Assembly: GCA_013911415.1 (NCBI GenBank)
Contig: JACETI010000008.1
Coordinates: forward strand, 31,556 to 95,555
Length of the DNA stretch: 64,000 nt
Direction of reading: 5' to 3'
From: Legionella sp.
GTDB lineage: Bacteria; Pseudomonadota; Gammaproteobacteria; Legionellales; Legionellaceae
This document shows positions 49,394 to 59,236 of this stretch, piece after piece. The position numbers and the translations under genes are program-made. The notes below the pieces were generated by a model, which saw only the letters and a list, made by a program, of their open reading frames with translations, ran no database searches and was not told the origin of the DNA. Positions within the stretch are counted from its first letter, which is position 1. Each line of letters opens with the position of its first letter.

Positions 49394-50719
49394 TTAAAGG
49401 GCTTCACTTAGTCGTTGGTGGATAAGAGTGCCTAACCATTCAGCCAATTGAGAATGACGAACCAACCGCAAATTATTCTCAATAAACCCTTGAATTAAGT
49501 AACGTCTCGCTTCTGTCTCATCAATGCCACGAGCCGCTAAATAAAATAAGGCATCTTCGTCTAGTTGACCTACTGTTGCACCATGTGTGCAAACCACGTC
49601 GTCTGCAAAAATTTCAAGCTGCGGCTGAGTATCAATTTCTGCATTTAACGCAAGTAATAAATTTTTATTTTGCTGTTTCGCTTGTGTTTGTTGGGCACCT
49701 TTTGCAACACGAATTTTGCCGTTGAAAACAGCTCGTGATCCACCCATTAAAATTCCTTTGTAATCCTGTTCACTTTGACAATGAGGTACCTCATGACAAA
49801 TCAAACTTTGTTGATCCATATGTTGTCCCTTACTGGGTAAGTAAACGCCATTGAGCGAACAGCTTGCCTCAGGTTCGACGAGTTGCAGGTGATATTCACT
49901 CCTCGCAAGCTTCCCACCCAAGCTCAGCAAATGGCTTTGGAATGTACTGCTTTTTGCCTGCCGCACCGTAACATGTCCAACATGGTAGCTTTCTTTATTT
50001 TCGCGTTGAATTTTATAATGCGTCAGGTTTGCATCCGGCGCAAGCACGATCTCGGTAATCGTGTTTGTCAATGCACTCTCATTCTCTAATTGCGCATAAT
50101 AATCTTCAATTAAAACTGCTTCACTTCCTGCTTCCAATATAACAAGATGCCGAGCAGATAACATCTTTCCTGCCTCACCGCCATGCGATAAAACAAGCGG
50201 TAACGATACTTTCATACCCGCAGGCACATAAATAAAAGTCCCTGTGTTTAATAAGGCGCTGTTCAATGCATGAAAACCATGCTGATGCTGAATAATTTGA
50301 TCAAGATAAGGCTGAACTTTCGTTTGATGTTCAACCAATGCCTGATCAAGGGGCATGAACAGCAGCCCTGCGGGCAACGGCGTATGCACAGAGGTTAAAT
50401 CCTCGGTGGACTCTTCAACCGTCACGCCCGACAAACCGTGGTGCCTTCGGAAATGAGGGACTGCAGGGAACGATGCTTCTACTGACGATAGCTGTACCCT
50501 TTGATCGTTAGTTGTTTCAGTCAATGAATGAGCAAAACGGTGCTTCATAAACTGATCAAGTTGCGTATATCGCCATGCTTCTTGCTGTCGCGTCGGTAAA
50601 CCCCACCTATTGAATCGTTCACTCGCTTTTGCATGTAAAGGCATCACCCAAGAGGGCAAGCTACTCTTTGCTGCACTGAGTTGTTGTTGATAAAACTCAA
50701 GCGTTTCTTTCATACTCAT
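49394..50719 (-). CDS. sufD: Fe-S cluster assembly protein SufD
   Basis: Position between sufC and sufS. C-terminal beta-helix motifs NGKIRV...QNKNLLL...DTQPQLEIFADDVVCTHGATVGQLDEDALFYL. Confidence 0.9.
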   Translation of the reverse strand: MSMKETLEFYQQQLSAAKSSLPSWVMPLHAKASERFNRWGLPTRQQEAWRYTQLDQFMKHRFAHSLTETTNDQRVQLSSVEASFPAVPHFRRHHGLSGVTVEESTEDLTSVHTPLPAGLLFMPLDQALVEHQTKVQPYLDQIIQHQHGFHALNSALLNTGTFIYVPAGMKVSLPLVLSHGGEAGKMLSARHLVILEAGSEAVLIEDYYAQLENESALTNTITEIVLAPDANLTHYKIQRENKESYHVGHVTVRQAKSSTFQSHLLSLGGKLARSEYHLQLVEPEASCSLNGVYLPSKGQHMDQQSLICHEVPHCQSEQDYKGILMGGSRAVFNGKIRVAKGAQQTQAKQQNKNLLLALNAEIDTQPQLEIFADDVVCTHGATVGQLDEDALFYLAARGIDETEARRYLIQGFIENNLRLVRHSQLAEWLGTLIHQRLSEAL

Positions 50720-51468
50720 GCTTGCATCTTCTCTTCAAGCCAACCATATCCCTTTTCTTCTAAAGCAAGCGCTAGGGATTTATCACCCGACATCAGGATG
50801 CGACCATTAACAAGCACATGAATAACGTCTGGTTCAATATAGTTAAGCAGTCGTTGGTAATGAGTAACGACCAAAATTGCACGCTCTGGCGAGCGCATTG
50901 CATTGATACCTTCTGAAATTTCACGTAAAGCATCAATATCTAAACCCGAGTCAGTTTCATCTAAAATAGCTAGTTTTGGCTCTAAGGCAAGCATCTGTAA
51001 AATTTCGTTACGTTTTTTTTCACCCCCGGAAAAACCCTCATTGATACTCCGATAAAGGAAACTTTCATCCATATCTAACTGCCGGCATTTTTCACGAATA
51101 AAGGAGAGAAAATCAATCGCATCCAAGGTTGGTTTACCCTGCGCTTTCCTTACCGCATTTACCGCCGACTTTAAGAAATTAATATTGGTTACACCAGGAA
51201 TTTCAACAGGGTACTGAAAAGACATAAAGATGCCCGCCTGTGCACGCTCCGTAGGAGATAAGGGGAGTAAATCTTGATTGCAGTAAGTGATTTCTCCTTC
51301 TGTCACACGGTAAGCCGGGTGACCTGCTAAGACTTTTGATAATGTGCTTTTTCCTGAACCATTAGGGCCCATAATCGCATGCACTTCGCCTGCTTTCAGT
51401 TCTAAGTCAATGCCATTTAAAATGGTTTGATCTTGAATTGCCGCTTTTAATCGATGAATAGTTAACAT
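50716..51468 (-). CDS. sufC: Fe-S cluster assembly ATPase SufC
   Basis: GPNGSGKSTL, FSGGEKKRNEILQM, LAILDETDSGLD, VTHYQRLL. Confidence 0.95.
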   Translation of the reverse strand: MLTIHRLKAAIQDQTILNGIDLELKAGEVHAIMGPNGSGKSTLSKVLAGHPAYRVTEGEITYCNQDLLPLSPTERAQAGIFMSFQYPVEIPGVTNINFLKSAVNAVRKAQGKPTLDAIDFLSFIREKCRQLDMDESFLYRSINEGFSGGEKKRNEILQMLALEPKLAILDETDSGLDIDALREISEGINAMRSPERAILVVTHYQRLLNYIEPDVIHVLVNGRILMSGDKSLALALEEKGYGWLEEKMQA

Positions 51469-51469
51469 A

Positions 51470-52918
51470 TCAACCCACTGCCCCTTCCAAACTAATACCT
51501 AACAATTTCGTTGCTTCTACAGCAAACTCCATCGGTAATTCTTTGAGTACTTGCTTACAAAACCCGTTCACAATCATTGATACAGCATCTTCGATATCGA
51601 TACCTCGTTGCTGACAATAAAACAATTGATCCTCACTGATTTTTGACGTAGTTGCTTCATGCTCAACCTGCGCTGTAGGATTACTGACCTCAATATAAGG
51701 GAACGTATGTGCTGCACAGGTGTCCCCCATTAACAAAGAGTCACATTGCGTGTAGTTGCGGGCTTGCGCTGCTCTTGGTGTAATCCTCACCAAACCACGA
51801 TAAGCATTCTGCGCCTGGCCTGCCGAAATCCCTTTTGCAATGATCGTCGAACGTGTATTTTTTCCAAGATGGATCATTTTCGTTCCAGTGTCAGCCTGTT
51901 GATAATGGTTCGTCAGTGCTACGGAATAAAATTCGCCAACAGAATCATCACCTTGTAAGATGACGCTAGGGTATTTCCAAGTAATCGCTGATCCAGTCTC
52001 TATCTGAGTCCATGATATTTTTGAGCGCGCCCCTCGGCATGCGCCTCTTTTAGTCACAAAATTATAAATACCGCCCTTTCCTTCTTTGTCGCCGGGGTAC
52101 CAATTTTGAACGGTTGAATACTTAATCTGGGCATCTTCTAGAGCAACCAACTCAACAACGGCGGCATGCAATTGATTTTCATCTCGCATAGGTGCCGTGC
52201 ACCCCTCTAAATAAGAGACATAACTTCCTTTGTCCGCTATGATCAACGTGCGCTCAAACTGGCCCGTCGCAACAGCATTGATACGAAAATACGTTGAAAG
52301 TTCCATAGGGCATCGCACGCCTGGCGGGATATAAACAAAGGAACCATCACTAAAAACAGCCGAATTCAATGCGGCATAAAAATTATCTCGATAAGGGACA
52401 ACGGAACCAAGGTATTGCTGTAATAACGCCGAATGTTGGCGCACTGCTTCTGAAAAGGGACAAAAAATGATTCCCAATTCGCCGAGCTTTTCTTTGAATG
52501 TTGTTGCAACTGAAACACTATCAAAAACTGCGTCAACCGCAACCCCCGCTAACATCGCTTGTTCTTTCAGCGGAATACCCAGTTTCTCATAAGTTTTTAA
52601 GAGTTCTGGGTCAACTTCATCCAGACTGTTCAACTTCTTTTTTTGTTTTGGGGCTGAATAATAAGAAATAGCTTGATAGTCGATTTCAGGATAATGGACA
52701 CTCGCCCACGTGGGAAGCGTTAATGTTTGCCAATGGCGGAAAGCTTCCAAGCGCCAATTTAATAAAAACTCGGGTTCCTCTTTTATCGCAGACAAACGTC
52801 GAATGGTATCTTCATTTAATCCTGGCTCAAAGGTTTCTGTCTCGATATCCGTGACAAAACCGTGCTGGTAGTCTTGACTAAGTAAAGACTTAAGATGGGC
52901 ATTACTATCGGTTGTCAT
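51470..52918 (-). CDS. sufB: Fe-S cluster assembly scaffold SufB
   Basis: 482 aa: [55 protein letters not shown]. Confidence 0.95.
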   Translation of the reverse strand: MTTDSNAHLKSLLSQDYQHGFVTDIETETFEPGLNEDTIRRLSAIKEEPEFLLNWRLEAFRHWQTLTLPTWASVHYPEIDYQAISYYSAPKQKKKLNSLDEVDPELLKTYEKLGIPLKEQAMLAGVAVDAVFDSVSVATTFKEKLGELGIIFCPFSEAVRQHSALLQQYLGSVVPYRDNFYAALNSAVFSDGSFVYIPPGVRCPMELSTYFRINAVATGQFERTLIIADKGSYVSYLEGCTAPMRDENQLHAAVVELVALEDAQIKYSTVQNWYPGDKEGKGGIYNFVTKRGACRGARSKISWTQIETGSAITWKYPSVILQGDDSVGEFYSVALTNHYQQADTGTKMIHLGKNTRSTIIAKGISAGQAQNAYRGLVRITPRAAQARNYTQCDSLLMGDTCAAHTFPYIEVSNPTAQVEHEATTSKISEDQLFYCQQRGIDIEDAVSMIVNGFCKQVLKELPMEFAVEATKLLGISLEGAVG

Positions 52919-53516
52919 GTTTCACTCCCATGACCTGTGCTTTAATACGTGGCACTGCAACTGGATGCAAACCGGGCGGCGGCAACTATCAAAATGAGCA
53001 TTGCTTGCAATTTCATGTGCATTACCACTGAACTAAATGATAACTGCTTGAAGACGAAGGCCCCTAACATCCAGACTGGAAAAAATTACTTCACGTGAGA
53101 CAATTGTTCTCAGTTGGCTATTTACTGATACAGGTTTAAAGCTAGAAAACGCTAACAACTGTTTCATAATAAGCCATTTTGCTGGTACGAAGCATAACAT
53201 TTCCAACCATAATAATCCAGTACTCGAGTCGTCTTATTTCATTATATCTATTAATAATAGAATCTTTTTTAGCACAAAAAACAATCAAAAAGCAAGAACT
53301 TTTATACAAAAAAAGCTTGATTGCTTTTTCTAAAGCCATTCAAAGTCATTCACTCCTTGTAACAACCTTAATTGAACTGGATAAGAATCCTCTTTTTCCA
53401 ATTAGATACTAATTGATTGAGCGTTTTTTTTACACAGGTCAAAGATAGTATGCGACTACTCTAAAATGTAGTATCCTACCTCTCAAAATTTACATTCTGT
53501 ACTCAATGGCCATTAG

Positions 53517-53924
53517 ATGAAACAAAAAGGGTTCACCCTCATCGAACTTATGATTGTCGTAGCTATTCTGGGTATTCTTTTATCTATTGCAGTACCAACT
53601 TATCAAGATCACATTGTCAAAACCAAAGTGATGGAAGGATTAAATTTAGCTGCTGCAGCGAAAATTGCTGTCACAGAAGCGGCTTTCGAAAATCATACCT
53701 TACCGAATCAACAAGAAAACACGGGTTATATTAGTCCTAAAGCGACTGAAAATGTTCAATCCATTCGTATTGGCCAGCAAGGCGTGATTACCATTCAATA
53801 CACATCCAGTGCCGGGGGTGGCACAATCCTCTTCGTTCCTAATCTTCATGAAAATGGAGACATAACATGGCGCTGTCGAGAGGGAACACTGGCTGCAAAA
53901 TACCGACCGAGACAATGTCGATAA
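53517..53924 (+). CDS. pilA: Type IVa pilin
   Basis: Prepilin leader and N-methyl-Phe site MKQKG|FTLIELMIVVAILGIL, C-terminal disulfide pair WRC...RQC. Confidence 0.9.
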   Translation: MKQKGFTLIELMIVVAILGILLSIAVPTYQDHIVKTKVMEGLNLAAAAKIAVTEAAFENHTLPNQQENTGYISPKATENVQSIRIGQQGVITIQYTSSAGGGTILFVPNLHENGDITWRCREGTLAAKYRPRQCR

Positions 53925-53944
53925 TTGTCTTGGGCTTGTTTTTT
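53910..53944 (+). terminator. Possible terminator of the pilin gene
   Basis: AGACAAT-GTCGATA-ATTGTCT overlapping the stop, with TTTTTT 7 nt further on. The spacing is not ideal. Confidence 0.35.
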
Positions 53945-54100
53945 AATACCCTGGCAAGTTTGAGCTAACTAACTAATATAACAACACCCCCGCACCCCTG
54001 TCGTTCTCCAATTTTCAGCGCTTGCTCGAGCATCCCTCGACAAGAAAAATTGGATGAATAGGTAATTGTTAAGTTATTTCATCAACAGGCACTCGAAATC

Positions 54101-57100
54101 ATGCTTAAAAAAATAAAAACATTAGCAAGCAAACTGAAAGGCAGCACCCACTCTTTTTCGTCACTGATAAATGATAAAAAGAAATTTATAGAGATGGCGT
54201 CATTAGAAGAGCTACAGGCCTATTTAAAGGATTTAAGTGTTTTAGAACCTCAAGAGCAATTTATAAAACTCTTTGGCCTACTGTATTTCTTTAACGAGCA
54301 CGAAAAATATAAAGAGGGTAAATTTATTGGCGATCCTAGAGAAAATTTACTTTTTGAAAAGTTAATCGACCTTATTAAGGTTAACGTCACACTTTTAGAC
54401 AAAACGACCTTAAACTATTTCATAAAAATTAATAAGCGTTACCCCAGAATTGTGGTGGAACAAGAACTTGGATTGTTGAAGTCGTTTCCATCAGATAGTA
54501 TCCATTGCTTATCCAACCTTTCAGAAGAAAATTTTTCAACGTTAAAAAATAAATGGGTAGAGATTGTTGAGAAATTAAAAATATTTACATCGATACGTAC
54601 TTCAAAGCCACTTGAATTTCCAAGAACATATAGTCATCTTTTCATTGATTTGGTGACTAAAGGACTCAATAAAAAAATCTCTTTTAACACGTCAGAACTG
54701 TTGTCTTACTGCCTGCCTTTTGTTTCCTCTCCCGACGAATTCATAGCAGAAATAAATACCTCATTGGTATTCCTTCTGCTGAAGAGTACAGAAGAAGATC
54801 ATCAGCGGCACATTATCGCTTTATTATGTAGTGAACCTTTCAATTTCGATTGGACCGATCAATTTTATGAGGATCAAAATATACTTGATCGGTTAGTAAG
54901 CACCAAAAATGAGCCACTACTAGTCAAGATTTTTGAAGAGCAAAGCAAACATACTACAACGGCTATATCTAATGTACTGACGGTTGTTGAGCGTTTTACC
55001 TATAACCATGACAAAGGCCAAATAAAAGCCACGCCAGCTGGAACTTTTCTTTTCGCAACAATGTTAAGGATTTTACTTAGCCACCCAGAGCATTTTAATT
55101 TAAGTTTGATTGAAAAATTTAAACGTCTAATTTCTACTTATCGTCCTGCTTTTAATGATATATTAACTGCGATTCATCGTGAATTAGTCATTTTTCTCGA
55201 TGCTTTTGGTTCAAATCCGAGTGCTGAGAATTATAAAAACATCTGGTCATTTCTTTTCGATAAAGAAAAAAATTATTCCTATAAATTTCAGACGCTTAAA
55301 GCAATATGTCACAATGTATTTGCTGGTATTCCTGAAGATGATGACAGCTTAAATGCAATGTTGTTTTATCATTATTTCACACAAAACAAAAAGACATTTA
55401 ATGTCAATTTCCTGTTGAATATTTTCGCCTCTTCACAGGGCGAAAATACTTCTCCCCTCCGCCCTTCCGCAGTTATTGAAGTGCTTGTTCGTAATCAGGT
55501 CAATCATGTTCTTTATGACGCTTGCTTGAAGATGATCCACTCTCTTGATCCCACTAAGCAGTGGAAAAAAGATAAACATTCATTATTTGCTGCTTTAAAA
55601 TGGTGTGATCTAAGATTTATTAAAGAAATATTATCTGAATCCGAAATCGCCTCATCAGAAAGGATTGATGCTGCATTAACCTACGTAATCAATCAATTGA
55701 ATAATATAATCACAGCGCCTTACCTGACAAAGGATGCAATAAAATACCACCAAGAGTATTTCAATATTTTGGCTTTTTTATGTATCAACCCAAACCCACC
55801 GAGCACATACGGCGTTGATACTGTATTGCATTACTTATTAGAGGACAGGGATGCACAAATAAATTTATTTTCATCACACGAAGCGCAACGATGGGAGATA
55901 GCGGCTTCGTTGTGCACAAGAGCTGCCCTCTCTAAACCTTCGCGTTCTACCTTAGATTGGGTTATAGATAAGGCCCTTGATTATAATCAATGGTCGCTCA
56001 TTGAGCAGCTGTACGTAATTGAAAGTGATTTTCAAAAATCTGACACCTGTTACGTTCGCTTAGATGGCAACGGACTCATTAATAAAGTATGCGATAAAGC
56101 CGTCCGAGAAAAACGATGGTCTTTTATCAAAACCATTCTTTGCCAGCAGATCAATTTGGATAGCGAGATTTTGAGCAATGTACTTGATACGGCAATGTTA
56201 GATGAGCAATGGTCGATTGTTAACGAGTTATTAATATTAATTCCTACCTATCCATTGGAAGATTATGTTCTTGAGGAAATAATTGAAACGGCTAACCAAG
56301 AAAAACAATGGTATACGATGTTTCTGCTCTACTGCAGTGCCCCTACGTTAGAAGCATTTATTCTAGATAAATGGATAGCAACCGAATGGAAGCCTTTAAT
56401 CGAAATAGTAAGCTGTTGCAAGAGGGACAATGAATGGCTGAAGCTTGAACAAATATTTGAGGCGTTTCGCCCGGTTTTTGAGTTATCTACCCTTGAAACT
56501 ATATTTGTTGCTCTCATCGATAATGAACAGCATCAATTTCTTGAAAAAATGTGTAACCTCTATCCCCTAGAAAGTAGCCAGAGTGAATCCGTAGGTCAAT
56601 ACAATAAAAAAATCATTGAAAATCAGAGAATGCACGAGGAAAAAAATAACCTTTCCCTTGAAATACCCCAGCTTATTGATGTACCTGAAAAAATAAAAGA
56701 AGAGCTCGTTGAAAACAATTTACGACAAGACGCTGAAGCTGTATCAAAGGCCAATCAAGAACCTTCACAATTGTCTACGCCAGCCATTAAAGACAGCTTA
56801 CAACTTCAGGATGAGTTGTCTCGGGCTAGTACCACAGATACCGGTACTGAGAAAAATGAATTCCTAACAAATGTGCAACGCCTAGATAATGACGTTGCAT
56901 CAATGAAAAAGCTCATACTAGGATTGGATAAAGATACTAAAAAAGATGCTTTACCGGCATTAGAATCAATGATTAATACTGATAAGTATTTGCCCGCGGC
57001 GGATCAATTAGAAGAACAAAAAGTATCTACCCCCAAAAACGCTCTTGCCTCAACGCAGTCTTCTATCTTGAATGATAGAAAATCAAAAAAGTCGATGAAA

Positions 57101-57913
57101 GCCCAATATTTCTTGAACCATCAAGCTCAAACGCTTATAACGCCCCTAAACAGCGAATCAACCACTCTAGACGTTATTGCAAAATCAGGCCAGGATTTAT
57201 CAAGCTCAGAAAAACGAATCGATGCCAATGCTGTTTTAACCTCCAATCAAGATTCCCTTTTAATAAAATCGTTACGCTCAGGCGGATCGAATGATAACCT
57301 CCAAATCAATAAAAAAAACTTATCAAAACAGCAACTCAAACGTTTAAAACGTAAGGGAGGGTTCTTTGAGTCGCAACAACCTTCGGTTATCACTGAACCT
57401 ACTACCAAAGACGTTGTCCACTGCCCTTTTACCTTTGAAGGTAAAACGGTCACTTTAGGTACCGAAGAGCAACTCGGTCAGTTTTCCTGTAAATTAAATA
57501 ATTGTAGTAAGCCTTTCATGGTTTATTATTTGACAAAAGATAATGCTCATAACATTGACCAAAATGACGTTGATTGCTTCAAAGGAAAAATTGACACCGC
57601 TACCGGTGAAGGATTTGTACCGCCTAAAGGGAACGTGGGAATCAAAATGATCGATGACAGAGGAAAAATGCCCATTGTTTCACTCAAGATCTTAGGCAAA
57701 CAGCAATCGGGCAAAAACACCGCTGGCGATTTTCGTTTACTTGGTGTGATGGATGCTGAACGCGGAATGATTGTTTTTTTACGTACCACCAATCATGACA
57801 ACTTTAATCGTGATAAAAACCGTTTAAAATCATGCCTACAATACTTGGCTGCTGACACAGTCGATGGTAACCAACCGGCGAAACAAAAACAATATCGCCC
57901 AAATTTTAATTAA
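54101..57913 (+). CDS. Orphan 1270-aa protein: unknown N-domain, Trp-anchored helical repeat array, disordered linker, RelE/ParE-like C-terminal segment
   Basis: One uninterrupted ORF with its own flanking hairpins. Repeats are listed in the findings. Basic cluster KKNLSKQQLKRLKRKGG. C-terminal GIKMI...LKILG...DFRLLGVMDAERGMIVFLRTTNHD. Confidence 0.65.
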   Translation: MLKKIKTLASKLKGSTHSFSSLINDKKKFIEMASLEELQAYLKDLSVLEPQEQFIKLFGLLYFFNEHEKYKEGKFIGDPRENLLFEKLIDLIKVNVTLLDKTTLNYFIKINKRYPRIVVEQELGLLKSFPSDSIHCLSNLSEENFSTLKNKWVEIVEKLKIFTSIRTSKPLEFPRTYSHLFIDLVTKGLNKKISFNTSELLSYCLPFVSSPDEFIAEINTSLVFLLLKSTEEDHQRHIIALLCSEPFNFDWTDQFYEDQNILDRLVSTKNEPLLVKIFEEQSKHTTTAISNVLTVVERFTYNHDKGQIKATPAGTFLFATMLRILLSHPEHFNLSLIEKFKRLISTYRPAFNDILTAIHRELVIFLDAFGSNPSAENYKNIWSFLFDKEKNYSYKFQTLKAICHNVFAGIPEDDDSLNAMLFYHYFTQNKKTFNVNFLLNIFASSQGENTSPLRPSAVIEVLVRNQVNHVLYDACLKMIHSLDPTKQWKKDKHSLFAALKWCDLRFIKEILSESEIASSERIDAALTYVINQLNNIITAPYLTKDAIKYHQEYFNILAFLCINPNPPSTYGVDTVLHYLLEDRDAQINLFSSHEAQRWEIAASLCTRAALSKPSRSTLDWVIDKALDYNQWSLIEQLYVIESDFQKSDTCYVRLDGNGLINKVCDKAVREKRWSFIKTILCQQINLDSEILSNVLDTAMLDEQWSIVNELLILIPTYPLEDYVLEEIIETANQEKQWYTMFLLYCSAPTLEAFILDKWIATEWKPLIEIVSCCKRDNEWLKLEQIFEAFRPVFELSTLETIFVALIDNEQHQFLEKMCNLYPLESSQSESVGQYNKKIIENQRMHEEKNNLSLEIPQLIDVPEKIKEELVENNLRQDAEAVSKANQEPSQLSTPAIKDSLQLQDELSRASTTDTGTEKNEFLTNVQRLDNDVASMKKLILGLDKDTKKDALPALESMINTDKYLPAADQLEEQKVSTPKNALASTQSSILNDRKSKKSMKAQYFLNHQAQTLITPLNSESTTLDVIAKSGQDLSSSEKRIDANAVLTSNQDSLLIKSLRSGGSNDNLQINKKNLSKQQLKRLKRKGGFFESQQPSVITEPTTKDVVHCPFTFEGKTVTLGTEEQLGQFSCKLNNCSKPFMVYYLTKDNAHNIDQNDVDCFKGKIDTATGEGFVPPKGNVGIKMIDDRGKMPIVSLKILGKQQSGKNTAGDFRLLGVMDAERGMIVFLRTTNHDNFNRDKNRLKSCLQYLAADTVDGNQPAKQKQYRPNFN

Positions 57914-57927
57914 TCTTAGTTTACTAG

Positions 57928-57957
57928 GCAAGTCGACTTGGTTCATCGACTTGCTTT
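57928..57957. terminator. Bidirectional terminator hairpin between the 1270-aa ORF and pfk
   Basis: GCAAGTCGA-CTTGGTTCA-TCGACTTGC (perfect 9-bp stem) followed by TTT, 15 nt after the stop. Confidence 0.55.
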
Positions 57958-58021
57958 AATTCATTTAAAAAAATTCAATCATATGATTTGCACTTCCTTG
58001 TTGTCTCTATTGTCTCTTTAC

Positions 58022-59236
58022 TTATTTATCTATCGCTCTTAGATAATCCGGTAACCCATCACGATAGGGAGGATATGCCTCGCCTTGAATGAGGGGTGCT
58101 AGGTAACGTCTACAAGCTTCTGTGACCCCCATACCATCTTCGGCAATATATTCAGCAGGAACAACACGCTCTTGATTAGCCACTTCACTTAGTGGGACAT
58201 GATCAAGTGACCAACGATAAGGAACATCTGCTTCACGACGAATAATGGGCATCACCGCATTTTTACCCTGCAATGCTAAGAGCACAGCTTCTTTACCGAG
58301 AGCATAAGCTTGTTCCAAATCGACGGCAGAAGCAATGTGCCTGGCCGCTCTTTGCAAATAGTCAGCCACTGCCCAGTGATATTTGTAACCTAATTCTTGT
58401 TTAATCAATTGCGCAATAACCGGTGCTACACCCCCCAATTGAGCATGCCCGAAAGAGTCCTTGATACCTGCTTCGCTTAAAAATTTTCCTTGCTCATTAC
58501 GAATGCCTTCTGAGACAACGATGACACAATAGCCCCAGGTTTTGACAGCTTCTGACACTTTCGCTAGAAAAGGAGTTTGTTTAAACGGTGCTTCTGGTAA
58601 CAAAATAATATGCGGAGGTTCGCTCACATGATTACTTGCTAGAGCACTAGCTGCTGCTATCCAACCTGCGTGACGACCCATAACCTCTAATATAAAAACC
58701 TTTGTAGACGAAGCAGCCATCGAGGCGACATCTAAGCCTGCTTCTAAAGTTGAGATAGCAACATACTTAGCGACTGAGCCAAATCCAGGGCAAGTATCTG
58801 TGTAAGGTAAATCGTTATCGATTGTTTTCGGAATACCAATACAAGTAATAGGATATCCTTGAGATGCGCCTAATTGGGCAATTTTGTTAGCAGTATCTTG
58901 TGAATCACCGCCCCCGTTATAAAAAAAATAACCTATATTATGTTTCTTAAAAACACGAATAAGTTGCTCGTATTCGGGTCCCTCACTTTTCAGCTTGTAA
59001 CGACATGATCCAAAGGCCCCTCCGGGGGTATACATTAATCGCGCAATGGTCTCATCACTATCTGAGGAAGTATCTCTCAGCTCATCACTTAATACACCCA
59101 AAATTCCATTTTGTGCGGCATATATTTTTCCTATTTTTTCGGGGTATAACCGCGCTGTTTGAAGTACACCACAAGCAGTAGCATTGATAACAGCAGTTAC
59201 TCCTCCGGATTGTGCATAGATTGCATTTTTAACCAT
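58022..59236 (-). CDS. pfp: Phosphofructokinase (PfkA superfamily; PKTIDND motif suggests the PPi-dependent type)
   Basis: QSGGVTAVINA, NGGGDSQDT, GIPKTIDNDL (Lys where ATP-PFKs have Gly), MGRHAGWIA. Confidence 0.8.
   Translation of the reverse strand: MVKNAIYAQSGGVTAVINATACGVLQTARLYPEKIGKIYAAQNGILGVLSDELRDTSSDSDETIARLMYTPGGAFGSCRYKLKSEGPEYEQLIRVFKKHNIGYFFYNGGGDSQDTANKIAQLGASQGYPITCIGIPKTIDNDLPYTDTCPGFGSVAKYVAISTLEAGLDVASMAASSTKVFILEVMGRHAGWIAAASALASNHVSEPPHIILLPEAPFKQTPFLAKVSEAVKTWGYCVIVVSEGIRNEQGKFLSEAGIKDSFGHAQLGGVAPVIAQLIKQELGYKYHWAVADYLQRAARHIASAVDLEQAYALGKEAVLLALQGKNAVMPIIRREADVPYRWSLDHVPLSEVANQERVVPAEYIAEDGMGVTEACRRYLAPLIQGEAYPPYRDGLPDYLRAIDK

Noticed and set aside
52950-52965. TGGCAC sequence that looked like a sigma54 -24 element (pilin genes are often sigma54-dependent).
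   Set aside because: The -12 position reads CTGG rather than TTGC. The site also lies about 560 bp from the pilin ATG, right next to the sufB start.
53142-53412. Two mutually antisense ORFs (65 and 77 aa) in the sufB-pilin spacer.
   Set aside because: No Shine-Dalgarno. The translations are AT-rich and low-complexity (Ile/Leu/Lys/Ser), and each is the shadow of the other.
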